Shown here piece by piece: positions 1 through 8,317 of a stretch of 64,000 nucleotides of DNA (its first letter is position 1; each line of letters begins with the position of its first letter). The DNA comes from Velocimicrobium porci. Its GTDB lineage: Bacteria > Bacillota > Clostridia > Lachnospirales > Lachnospiraceae. The DNA is taken from the NCBI RefSeq assembly GCF_009696045.1, contig NZ_VUMT01000013.1, positions 14,816 to 78,815 on the forward strand. Reading direction: 5' to 3'. The position numbers and the translations under genes are program-made. Under the pieces are notes generated by a model. That model was not told the DNA's origin. It searched no databases and saw only the letters and a program-made list of their open reading frames with translations.

Positions 1-247
1 ACATAACCGTAAATAACAATAAAAACAGAATCGGCTTTAGCCCTTTTACAATATAAGAAAAAGGTACTTTCGATAAGTGTATAATAACTGCCAAAAATAA
101 TCCCGCAATTAAATATGAAGCTATATTGTGAAATGCAAAAAGAGAAATAATATAAATTAATGTCCCCAATAATTTTACCCTGGGATCTAAACGGTGTATC
201 ACCGAATCAGCCGGATAATACTGTCCGATTGTTATATCTCGAATCAT
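1..247 (-). CDS. ecfT: Energy-coupling factor transporter transmembrane protein EcfT (partial, runs off window start)
   Basis: Manual reverse translation from the ATG at 247-245 gives MIRDITIGQYYPADSVIHRLDPRVKLLGTLIYII..., a typical EcfT N-terminus. It sits immediately downstream of ecfA1/ecfA2. There is no stop before the window edge. Confidence 0.6.
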   Translation of the reverse strand, partial: MIRDITIGQYYPADSVIHRLDPRVKLLGTLIYIISLFAFHNIASYLIAGLFLAVIIHLSKVPFSYIVKGLKPILFLLLFTVM

Positions 248-256
248 ATCTGCCTC

Positions 257-1123
257 CTATGTTAGTAAGATTCCTTTTTTCTTTGCCCATCGAATAATCT
301 CTTCGCATGCTTCATCCACAGTAGTTGGTTCTGTATTGACACTTTGTCCACATTCCTTCAGCCGATTCATTACATAGGTAACCTGTGGTGCTGCAAGACC
401 TATCTGTTCTAACGCCTTATAGTGGGTAAATACTTTTTTCGGCTCATTGTCAAACATTATTTTTCCATGATCCATCACAATTAACCGTTCTACATAATTT
501 GCCACATCTTCCATACTGTGAGATACTAAAATAACCGTAATCTTATTTTCTTTATGAAGGGACGAAACTAAATTAAGAATTTCATCTCTTCCTTTTGGAT
601 CTAATCCGGCCGTTGGTTCATCCAATATCAATACTTCCGGCTTCATTGCTAATACGCCGGCAATTGCTACTCTCCGTTTTTGTCCTCCGGACAATTCAAA
701 TGGAGATAAATCAATCATATCCTCTCCAATGCCAACCTGTTTTAATGCCTCATAGGCTCTCAAATCAACTTCTAAAGCCGGAAGTCCTAAATTAGATGGT
801 CCAAACTTCACATCTTTAATTATAGATGTTTCAAACAATTGATGTTCAGGATATTGAAATACTAATCCAACTTTACTTCTCAATTCTTTCAAGTTATAAT
901 CAGAATCATAAATGTCCTGCCCGTTGTAATAAATACAGCCTTCCGTAGCTTTCATAAGCCCATTCAGATGCTGAATCAACGTTGATTTTCCTGATCCGGT
1001 ATGACCAATTAAACCAATAAATTCTCCATCTTCTATTTTAAGATTAATATCTTGCAAGGCATGCTTTTCGTATGCAGTCCCCTGGGAATAAATATAATTT
1101 ACATGATCTAATATAATTGACAT
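257..1123 (-). CDS. ecfA2: ECF transporter ATPase EcfA2 (CbiO family)
   Basis: ABC ATPase motifs are present: GHTGSGKST Walker A, LSGGQKRRVAIAG signature and ILDEPTAGLD Walker B. The likely start is the ATG at 1123 (MSIILDHVNYIY...) with AAGGA 5 nt upstream. The track ORF extends to 1162 and overlaps ecfA1. Confidence 0.85.
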   Translation of the reverse strand: MSIILDHVNYIYSQGTAYEKHALQDINLKIEDGEFIGLIGHTGSGKSTLIQHLNGLMKATEGCIYYNGQDIYDSDYNLKELRSKVGLVFQYPEHQLFETSIIKDVKFGPSNLGLPALEVDLRAYEALKQVGIGEDMIDLSPFELSGGQKRRVAIAGVLAMKPEVLILDEPTAGLDPKGRDEILNLVSSLHKENKITVILVSHSMEDVANYVERLIVMDHGKIMFDNEPKKVFTHYKALEQIGLAAPQVTYVMNRLKECGQSVNTEPTTVDEACEEIIRWAKKKGILLT

Positions 1124-1151
1124 TCTTATCCTTGCTTCCTTTCCCTGCTTT

Positions 1152-2000
1152 TTACAGCTCATTTAATTTAGTTACTAATTCATCTACTGATAAAATTCCC
1201 GGCGGAATTGGAAGCCCTTTTTTTCTCAACTCATAGGCAAGCAAAGTAACTTGTGGAACGTCCAAACGATATTTTTTCAGTTCATCAACTTGAGAAAATA
1301 TTTCCCTTGGTGCCCCCTGCATAACTATCTTTCCCTTATCCATAACAATTACTTTATCCGCATCTATAACTTCTTCCATATAATGGGTAATCAATAAAAC
1401 CGTTACTTTTTCTGTCTGATTTAATTCCCGGATTGTCTTTATAACCTCTTTTCTTCCATTCGGGTCAAGCATTGCCGTCGGTTCATCTAATACAATACAT
1501 TCCGGTTTCATTGCCATAATCCCGGCAATTGCTACTCTTTGCTTTTGTCCGCCTGATAACTTGTTCGGAGAATGTGTGCGATACTCATACATACCAACTG
1601 CTTTTAAACTATTTTCTACACGTTCCCAAATTTCCTCTGTTGGTACGCCCAAATTTTCGGGACCAAATCCCACATCTTCTTCAACTACATTTGCAATAAT
1701 CTGATTATCCGGATTTTGAAATACCATCCCCGCTGTCTGTCGAATATTCCAAAGATTTTCTTCCTTCCCTGTATCCATTCCATCTACCCAAAGTGTACCT
1801 TCCGTTGGGCTAAGTATTGCATTGATATGTTTTGCGAGGGTTGATTTACCAGAACCATTATGTCCTAAAATTGCAACAAACTGACCTTTTTCTATATCCA
1901 AATTAACATTATTTACTGCCCGGTTAATACCCTCTACATTTCCCTCTTCGTCACGTCTGATATACTCGAATATCAGGTCCTTTGCCTTTATTATTCCCAT
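1152..2000 (-). CDS. ecfA1: ECF transporter ATPase EcfA1 (CbiO family)
   Basis: Motifs [22 protein letters not shown] and LDEPTAMLD are present. It is operonic with ecfA2 and ecfT downstream of rplQ, the arrangement typical of Firmicutes. Confidence 0.85.
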   Translation of the reverse strand: MGIIKAKDLIFEYIRRDEEGNVEGINRAVNNVNLDIEKGQFVAILGHNGSGKSTLAKHINAILSPTEGTLWVDGMDTGKEENLWNIRQTAGMVFQNPDNQIIANVVEEDVGFGPENLGVPTEEIWERVENSLKAVGMYEYRTHSPNKLSGGQKQRVAIAGIMAMKPECIVLDEPTAMLDPNGRKEVIKTIRELNQTEKVTVLLITHYMEEVIDADKVIVMDKGKIVMQGAPREIFSQVDELKKYRLDVPQVTLLAYELRKKGLPIPPGILSVDELVTKLNEL

Positions 2001-2148
2001 CTTTTCCGAACCTTTCTGTTATCTCTTACAATATTCTTTCTTATTCTAGCCTATTTCAATCAAAATGTAAAGAACCCTTCACTCGTAGAAATACTTGACC
2101 CAAAACGCAGAAAAAAAGAACGCATCTCTTTTATAATTGCGTTCTCTT

Positions 2149-2487
2149 TTAGGAAAAATACCCTACATAATATTCAATTTCCTGACTTCTTTCATTTATA
2201 ATTGGCACCATCGTTATTGTCAATTTTAACATGCCCTGCATCGTTTTTATATTAAAAAAAAATGTAGATACATCAATTTTTTTTTCTTTTAACGTTTCTT
2301 TCCAACTGCAAAACCTCACTCTTTCTTGTGGTTCCAAAACTTCTTCTAAAAAACTAAACATATCGGTCTTTTCTTTGTTCTCACAGTCCAAGTGATATTT
2401 TTCAATAAAACACTCTGTATCAAATCCAGACTTTTTATTTTCATAATATTCAAAATATAGTAAATTGTTCATTGCCGTCTTTTCCAA
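2149..2487 (-). CDS. hypothetical protein (112 aa)
   Basis: An ORF with no recognisable motif. It is divergent from an XRE regulator and lies between rplQ and ecfA1. Confidence 0.35.
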   Translation of the reverse strand: MEKTAMNNLLYFEYYENKKSGFDTECFIEKYHLDCENKEKTDMFSFLEEVLEPQERVRFCSWKETLKEKKIDVSTFFFNIKTMQGMLKLTITMVPIINERSQEIEYYVGYFS

Positions 2488-2662
2488 TTAACTCCTCACT
2501 GCCTTTTGCTTTTCCATATATAGTTTATTATAACATTTTCCTTTTTTACTTTCAACAGCTATAACTAAATATATAGCTATCACTTTCTGTATAATATTCA
2601 CTATTCACGATATACTATTAAATAATATTCAGTAATTATGAAATAATAAATAGGAGTAATTT

Positions 2663-2989
2663 ATGGCAATAGACTATCATATTATTGGTCAACGAATTAA
2701 AGAAAAACGTCATGGTCTAAAAAAAACACAAGAAGACCTCGCAGAATTTCTTTCCGTTTCTGTTGGTTATGTAAGCCAGATTGAAAGAGGTATTACCAAA
2801 GTTAATCTTGACACTCTATCTAAAATCTCTATTTTTTTAGAATGCGACATCGCAGATTTACTTCATAGCACTTCTTATCAAAGTAATGATTATCTAAATC
2901 AGGAATTCTCAGAACTAATTTTGAAATTAAATGATTCAAACCGCAAGCTCGCATATGAGATACTATATATACTGTTAAAGAGTCAATAA
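2663..2989 (+). CDS. XRE-family helix-turn-helix transcriptional regulator
   Basis: The N-terminal Cro/C1-type HTH reads QEDLAEFLSVSVGYVSQIERG. The protein is 108 aa. Confidence 0.7.
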   Translation: MAIDYHIIGQRIKEKRHGLKKTQEDLAEFLSVSVGYVSQIERGITKVNLDTLSKISIFLECDIADLLHSTSYQSNDYLNQEFSELILKLNDSNRKLAYEILYILLKSQ

Positions 2990-3016
2990 TATTAACTTAT
3001 GTATAAGCAAATAGGG

Positions 3017-3053
3017 AAAAAAATAAGACATAGTTTGATTAACTACGTCTTAT
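3017..3053. terminator. Rho-independent terminator at the end of the alpha operon (bidirectional hairpin)
   Basis: The hairpin is ATAAGAC(N17)GTCTTAT. An A7 run lies on the plus strand, equivalent to a T7 run on the minus strand, immediately after the rplQ stop. Confidence 0.6.
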
Positions 3054-3076
3054 CTTTTTAATATTTTAACTTTGAA

Positions 3077-3613
3077 TTAAACTAATTCAATTAAAACTTC
3101 CATAGCAGCGTCACCTTTACGTTGACCAATTTTAACGATTCTTGTGTAACCACCGTTGCGGTCAGCATATTTTGGTGCAATTTCATTGAATAACTTATCT
3201 GTAAGATCTACAGTTTTTGTATTCTTTTTCTTTCCAGCATTTTCTGTTGGAACTTCTGTTACAGAGTAAAGAACTTTGTTCATTTGTTTTCTTGCGTGAA
3301 GACGGCTTGGGCTGTCTTTCTTAATTTCTTTTTGAACTTCGTCGTATACAGTTACTTTCTTTCCGTCTACAACTTCTTTTACTCTTTTTCCATCTTTATC
3401 TTTACGAGCAACTTTTGCTGTAACTGTAACTGTTTCAAAATTATCTTTTTCTTTTACAGCTAAGGCAATTAAATGCTCTGTCATTTTACGGATTTCTTTC
3501 GCTTTTGCTTCTGTTGTAACAATTTTACCATTGTAAAGTAAGTTTGTTACTTGGTTACGAAGTAAAGCTTTTCTTTGGCTTGATGTTCTACCAAGTTTTC
3601 TATATCCTGCCAT
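3077..3613 (-). CDS. rplQ: 50S ribosomal protein L17 (with lysine-rich C-terminal extension)
   Basis: The N-terminus [21 protein letters not shown] is a typical L17 start. The gene follows rpoA. Confidence 0.9.
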   Translation of the reverse strand: MAGYRKLGRTSSQRKALLRNQVTNLLYNGKIVTTEAKAKEIRKMTEHLIALAVKEKDNFETVTVTAKVARKDKDGKRVKEVVDGKKVTVYDEVQKEIKKDSPSRLHARKQMNKVLYSVTEVPTENAGKKKNTKTVDLTDKLFNEIAPKYADRNGGYTRIVKIGQRKGDAAMEVLIELV

Positions 3614-3674
3614 TACATTTTCCTCCTATAATGTTAATAATCAACGCTTCCGGCTGTTCCCTAACGCGTGATGA

Positions 3675-4634
3675 TTATTCATCTCCTAAGTTAAGGGATA
3701 AACCAAGCTCTTTCAGTTTTGAAAGTACTTCCTCTAATGATTTACGTCCAAGGTTTCTAACCTTCATCATGTCCTCAGAAGTTCTATTGGTTAATTCTTC
3801 AACTGTATTGATACCAGCTCTCTTTAAACAATTGTATGAACGAACGGATAATTCCAATTCATCAATATTCATCTCAAGAACTTTTTCCTTTTCATTGTCT
3901 TCTTTTTCTACCATAACTTCTGCAGTCTTGGCATTTTCAGATAAGTCAATGAAAGAATTAAGATGTTCGCTAAGTACTTTAGCTGCTAAGCTTACTGCTT
4001 CATCTGGTTCTAATGTTCCATTTGTATATACATCTAAAGTAAGTTTATCATAATCTGTAATTTGACCAACACGAGTATTTTGAACTGTTAAGTTAACGCG
4101 TTCAACTGGTGTATAGATGGAATCGATTGGGATAACGCCGATTGGTAATTCTTCGTTCTTGTTCTTATCAGCACTGATATATCCTCTGCCTTTTGTAATA
4201 GTCAATTCCATATATAACTTGCAATCGGAACCGCCGCTTAATGTAGCGATTACCTGTTCCGGATTCAAAATTTCAATATCCGGGTCAACTTGAATGTCTC
4301 CTGCAGTTACAACACCTTCACCTTCGAACTCAATATATGCAGTCTTAGGTTCGTTTGTCTCACATGTATTCTTAATTGCCAGACTCTTAATGTTCATAAT
4401 GATTTCTGTAACATCTTCCTTAACACCAGGAATTGCACTGAATTCATGTACGACACCTTCAATTTTAACTTGACTAACAGCTGCGCCAGGCAATGATGAC
4501 AGCATAATTCTTCTTAAAGAATTACCCAAAGTTGTACCGTAACCTCTTTCGAGGGGTTCTACTACAAAACGTCCGTATTTTTTATCTTCAGAAATTTCTG
4601 CAATCTCTATTTTTGGTTTTTCAAAATCAAACAC
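3675..4634 (-). CDS. rpoA: DNA-directed RNA polymerase subunit alpha
   Basis: The sequence [53 protein letters not shown] is the conserved RpoA N-terminal domain. Confidence 0.95.
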   Translation of the reverse strand: MFDFEKPKIEIAEISEDKKYGRFVVEPLERGYGTTLGNSLRRIMLSSLPGAAVSQVKIEGVVHEFSAIPGVKEDVTEIIMNIKSLAIKNTCETNEPKTAYIEFEGEGVVTAGDIQVDPDIEILNPEQVIATLSGGSDCKLYMELTITKGRGYISADKNKNEELPIGVIPIDSIYTPVERVNLTVQNTRVGQITDYDKLTLDVYTNGTLEPDEAVSLAAKVLSEHLNSFIDLSENAKTAEVMVEKEDNEKEKVLEMNIDELELSVRSYNCLKRAGINTVEELTNRTSEDMMKVRNLGRKSLEEVLSKLKELGLSLNLGDE

Positions 4635-4699
4635 TACTGGACCCTCCTTTTGGGATTATGCTATTGGCTTAGTCGTCGAATAACTATGATAGCCTTAAA

Positions 4700-5296
4700 T
4701 TATTTACTATATAACTCGACGATAAGCACTTCGTTTACAGGAACATCGATTTGCTCTCTTGTTGGGATTTCTAATACTTTACCAGAAAGATTTTCATGGT
4801 CAGCTTCAAGCCAAGCAGGAACTAATCTACCGTCTGTTACTTCTAAGATATCTTTGTATCTCTGAGCTGATTTATATTTTTCATCGATTTCGATAACATC
4901 ACCAACTTTAACTTGGTAAGAAGGAATGTTTACTGTTTTACCATTTACTTTTACATGTTTATGGTCAACAATTTGTCTGGCTTCTTTTCTTGTTCTTCCA
5001 TAGCCTAAACGGAACATAACGTTGTCTAGTCTTAACTCAAGAAGAATCATTAAGTTTTCACCAGTAGTACCATATTTTAATTTCTGTGCTTTAGCAAAAT
5101 TGTTTCTAAAAGGTTTTTCTAAAACACCATATATAAATTTAGCTTTTTGTTTTTCTCTTAACTGTAAGCCATATTCGCTCATTTTCTTATTTGCTCTCGC
5201 AGTTGAACGATTTGATTTCTTGTCGATTCCCATGTATACAGGATCAATTCCAAGAGCTCTACATCTTTTAAGGACTGGAGTTCTATCTACTGCCAT
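4700..5296 (-). CDS. rpsD: 30S ribosomal protein S4
   Basis: The ORF is 198 aa with S4-like motifs [16 protein letters not shown]... and [21 protein letters not shown]. Confidence 0.95.
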   Translation of the reverse strand: MAVDRTPVLKRCRALGIDPVYMGIDKKSNRSTARANKKMSEYGLQLREKQKAKFIYGVLEKPFRNNFAKAQKLKYGTTGENLMILLELRLDNVMFRLGYGRTRKEARQIVDHKHVKVNGKTVNIPSYQVKVGDVIEIDEKYKSAQRYKDILEVTDGRLVPAWLEADHENLSGKVLEIPTREQIDVPVNEVLIVELYSK

Positions 5297-5321
5297 ATTA
5301 TCTTACCTCCTATAATCAATA

Positions 5322-5723
5322 TTACACACGTCTACGTTTTGGTGGTCTACATCCGTTATGTGGAACTGGTGTTACGTCTCTGATACTTGTAACTTCGATT
5401 CCGCAAGCTTGAAGAGCACGAATTGCTGCTTCACGTCCTGAACCAGGACCTTTAACCATAACTTCTACTGATTTTAAACCGTGTGGTAAAGCTGCTTTTG
5501 CTGCTGTTTCAGCTGCCATCTGTGCAGCGTAAGGAGTTGATTTTCTGGAACCTCTGAAACCTAAACCACCTGCACTAGCCCAAGAAAGGGCATTACCTTC
5601 TGTATCTGTCAGCGTAACGATTGTATTATTAAAAGATGACTGAATATGTGCTTGTCCACGATCGACATTTTTCTTAACACGTCTTTTTGTCACTTTTTTT
5701 GCTACTTTTTTAGCCATTGACAA
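5322..5723 (-). CDS. rpsK: 30S ribosomal protein S11
   Basis: A conserved S11 core is present: [26 protein letters not shown]. Confidence 0.95.
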   Translation of the reverse strand: MSMAKKVAKKVTKRRVKKNVDRGQAHIQSSFNNTIVTLTDTEGNALSWASAGGLGFRGSRKSTPYAAQMAAETAAKAALPHGLKSVEVMVKGPGSGREAAIRALQACGIEVTSIRDVTPVPHNGCRPPKRRRV

Positions 5724-5775
5724 ACCCTCCTATTGGATTTTAATAATTCTTTTTTTATTTTTTAGCTTTTATCTA

Positions 5776-6144
5776 TTATTTCTTCTTGTTAGCTACTGTA
5801 CGCTTAGGACCTTTTCTTGTTCTAGCGTTTGTTTTTGTCTTCTGTCCACGAACTGGAAGACCTTTTCTATGACGGATTCCTCTATAGCATCCGATTTCTT
5901 GTAATCTCTTAATATTAAGTGCGATTTCTCTACGTAAATCACCTTCTACTGTCTGTGTTTCGTCAATTACGTCACGAATTCTTCCTACTTCTTCGTCTGT
6001 TAAATCTTTACAACGAGTGTTAGGATCAACATTTGCTGCCGCAAGAATACGATTGGAACTTACTCTACCAATACCGTAAATATAAGTTAAACCAATTTCA
6101 ACACGCTTTTCTCTTGGTAAATCTACACCACTAATACGAGCCAT
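5776..6144 (-). CDS. rpsM: 30S ribosomal protein S13
   Basis: The start is the ATG at 6144 ([26 protein letters not shown]) with a GGAGGTG RBS. The track ORF begins 12 codons upstream. Confidence 0.95.
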   Translation of the reverse strand: MARISGVDLPREKRVEIGLTYIYGIGRVSSNRILAAANVDPNTRCKDLTDEEVGRIRDVIDETQTVEGDLRREIALNIKRLQEIGCYRGIRHRKGLPVRGQKTKTNARTRKGPKRTVANKKK

Positions 6145-6559
6145 GCGTTTGCACCTCCGATATTTTTTTAAATTCAACAAGTTCTGTTTCCAGAACTACT
6201 CTCAATAAGTCTTTCACTGTTTATAATTTCTACGTTCCTATAAATCATAAAGCAGTATACGATAAAAATGATTATGCAACAGTCATTGTCCGTAAGAACA
6301 AAACTGGTGCATCAGCCGCTTTAAACCATGATGCTAAGGACATCCAATTCCCTAGCACTAGAGATAGCGATAATGACACTTTTCTCTAAAACGGGTAATC
6401 ACTCCGTCCACAGTATCACGCTGTCCTCTCTGAATAGAAATAATGACATAACTATTCGACAGCCGTAACACAAAAAGCAAGTACTATTCTTATATTAAAC
6501 ATGAGAAAAGCCAAAGCAGGTAACTTACCTTCCTTGGTTCTCTTTATGTGATATATTTA

Positions 6560-6673
6560 TTAGCCTTGTCTTTGTTTGTGTCTTGGGTTTTCGCAGATTA
6601 CTCTGACGCTTCCTTTTCTTTTAATGACTTTGCATTTTTCGCAAATCGGTTTTACTGATGATCTTACCTTCAT
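6560..6673 (-). CDS. rpmJ: 50S ribosomal protein L36 (not in the ORF track, found by manual translation)
   Basis: Reverse-strand translation gives [37 protein letters not shown] followed by TAA. The RBS is AAAGGAGAG, 7 nt upstream of the ATG. Confidence 0.9.
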   Translation of the reverse strand: MKVRSSVKPICEKCKVIKRKGSVRVICENPRHKQRQG

Positions 6674-6801
6674 TACAATCTCTCCTTTCGCAAAAGTCCA
6701 CTTGCTATTTTAACATAAGATTTTACAAATTGCAAGCACTTTTTTTATTCTTTTTTTCATTTTCCACACTATAATTAATTTACAGATTTTTGTATCTTCT
6801 G

Positions 6802-7530
6802 TTAAATATTATTGAATTTATATCTGCTGCCTACCATATATTGTCGTCCGATAAAAACCGGGTTATCAGCTTCATCTCCAAAATAAACATTCATATAAAA
6901 AAGCGGTTCTCCGATAACAACATCTAAATCCCTTGCATGATGCGATTCCGCTTTAACAATCTCAAGTGTACTTTTTACAGACTTGCAGGCATGTAAGCCA
7001 TGCTTTTCAAGTACTTCAAATAAAGAAGTGTTTTCTAATGTTTCATCTTGCAGAAATTTGAATTTTTCAAACACATAAAAATTATTTTCCAACATGATTG
7101 GCGTATCATCTGCCGTAAGAACCCGTTTGATATATAATATTTTTGTTTTTTCATCGACATGAAAAAAGTTCTGCTCATCCAATCTTGCAAAACTAATTTG
7201 ATAGTCTAACACTCTCGCTCCAGGCTTCATACCATTTTGTCTGCATGCTTTTGAAAAACTTAGCACTTCATTCGAACGTTCTATTTTTCGAAGTAATTTC
7301 GGTTTACAGACAAACGTTCCTTTACCTTGCTTTTTAATTAAATACCCTTCATTACACAATTCGTCCACTGCCCGTCTGACCGTAATCCGACTCACGCCAT
7401 AATCGGCACTTAACTCTGGTTCGGTCGGTATTTTGTCATCATAATTATACTTCCCATTCTCAATTGAATATTTAATATCTTCCATTAATTGTTGATATAA
7501 TGGCGTCAAAGACGTTTCATTTAATTTCAT
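6802..7530 (-). CDS. GntR/HutC-family transcriptional regulator (winged HTH plus UTRA effector domain)
   Basis: The N-terminal GntR HTH reads IPTEPELSADYGVSRITVRRAVDELCNEGYLIKKQGKGTFV. The probable start is the ATG at 7530 with a GAGGTG RBS. Confidence 0.8.
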   Translation of the reverse strand: MKLNETSLTPLYQQLMEDIKYSIENGKYNYDDKIPTEPELSADYGVSRITVRRAVDELCNEGYLIKKQGKGTFVCKPKLLRKIERSNEVLSFSKACRQNGMKPGARVLDYQISFARLDEQNFFHVDEKTKILYIKRVLTADDTPIMLENNFYVFEKFKFLQDETLENTSLFEVLEKHGLHACKSVKSTLEIVKAESHHARDLDVVIGEPLFYMNVYFGDEADNPVFIGRQYMVGSRYKFNNI

Positions 7531-7907
7531 AATCCACCTCATATCCCTCGTACTTTCTATCATAATCTCATATAGACATAATATCCCTACACTGCTTTTT
7601 TGTACTATATCGTCAGTTTTAACATTGAAGCTAGTATAAATCGCCCTCCTAAAACTTCAACTAAAATTCCTTTTTCTAACAAAATCTGAACTTATTATGA
7701 TATTTCTTCCATCTGTATTTTTTCTTTTTTAATCATTTTCCTACTCCTTTTCCTATTATTTTAATTTACTACAATAAGATACCATTCAAACCTAAAAGTT
7801 ACAACCATTTCCGACAATTCCAACATAAATGGAAAACAAAAAACAAGCGTTGCAATATCAACCGTTTCCTTTGTATTGCCGAAATGACTGCATGCAATTA
7901 ACAGACT

Positions 7908-8261
7908 TTGCTTTCCCAATTACCAAATCAAACACCTAACAAACTATTTCAAGACATAAAAGACAAGCAAATTGTCGTAAGGGTCCAATTTACTCAAATC
8001 ACAGGAATACACAATATTACTGCTGCCTTCTATTCGCCAAACGGAAAATTATATGAATACAGCGAAAATATACTATTTCAACCTGAGGAACAGGAAAATG
8101 TATTTTTATGGTTTTGGGTTGATATGCAGGAGATAAAAGCAAATGTTTCTTATGAAGGTACCTGGTTTATTCGGTTATTTATAAATGGGGAACATATATT
8201 GGAAGATACTTTTTCTATAAAAAAAGAAATTGAAATCACACCAATCCAAAGTTTTATTTAA
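7908..8261 (+). CDS. hypothetical protein (117 aa, TTG start, no clear RBS)
   Basis: Only an ORF. It precedes the giant lysine-rich gene on the same strand. Confidence 0.3.
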   Translation: MLSQLPNQTPNKLFQDIKDKQIVVRVQFTQITGIHNITAAFYSPNGKLYEYSENILFQPEEQENVFLWFWVDMQEIKANVSYEGTWFIRLFINGEHILEDTFSIKKEIEITPIQSFI

Positions 8262-8317
8262 ATCGATTGGAATTTATTTTTACAAAACAAAAAAGCGTAG
8301 AAAGGTAAAAAAATACT

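Noticed and set aside
3544-4053. 169-aa plus-strand ORF overlapping rplQ and rpoA
   Set aside because: Antisense to two highly conserved genes, with a low-complexity S/L-rich product. Spurious.
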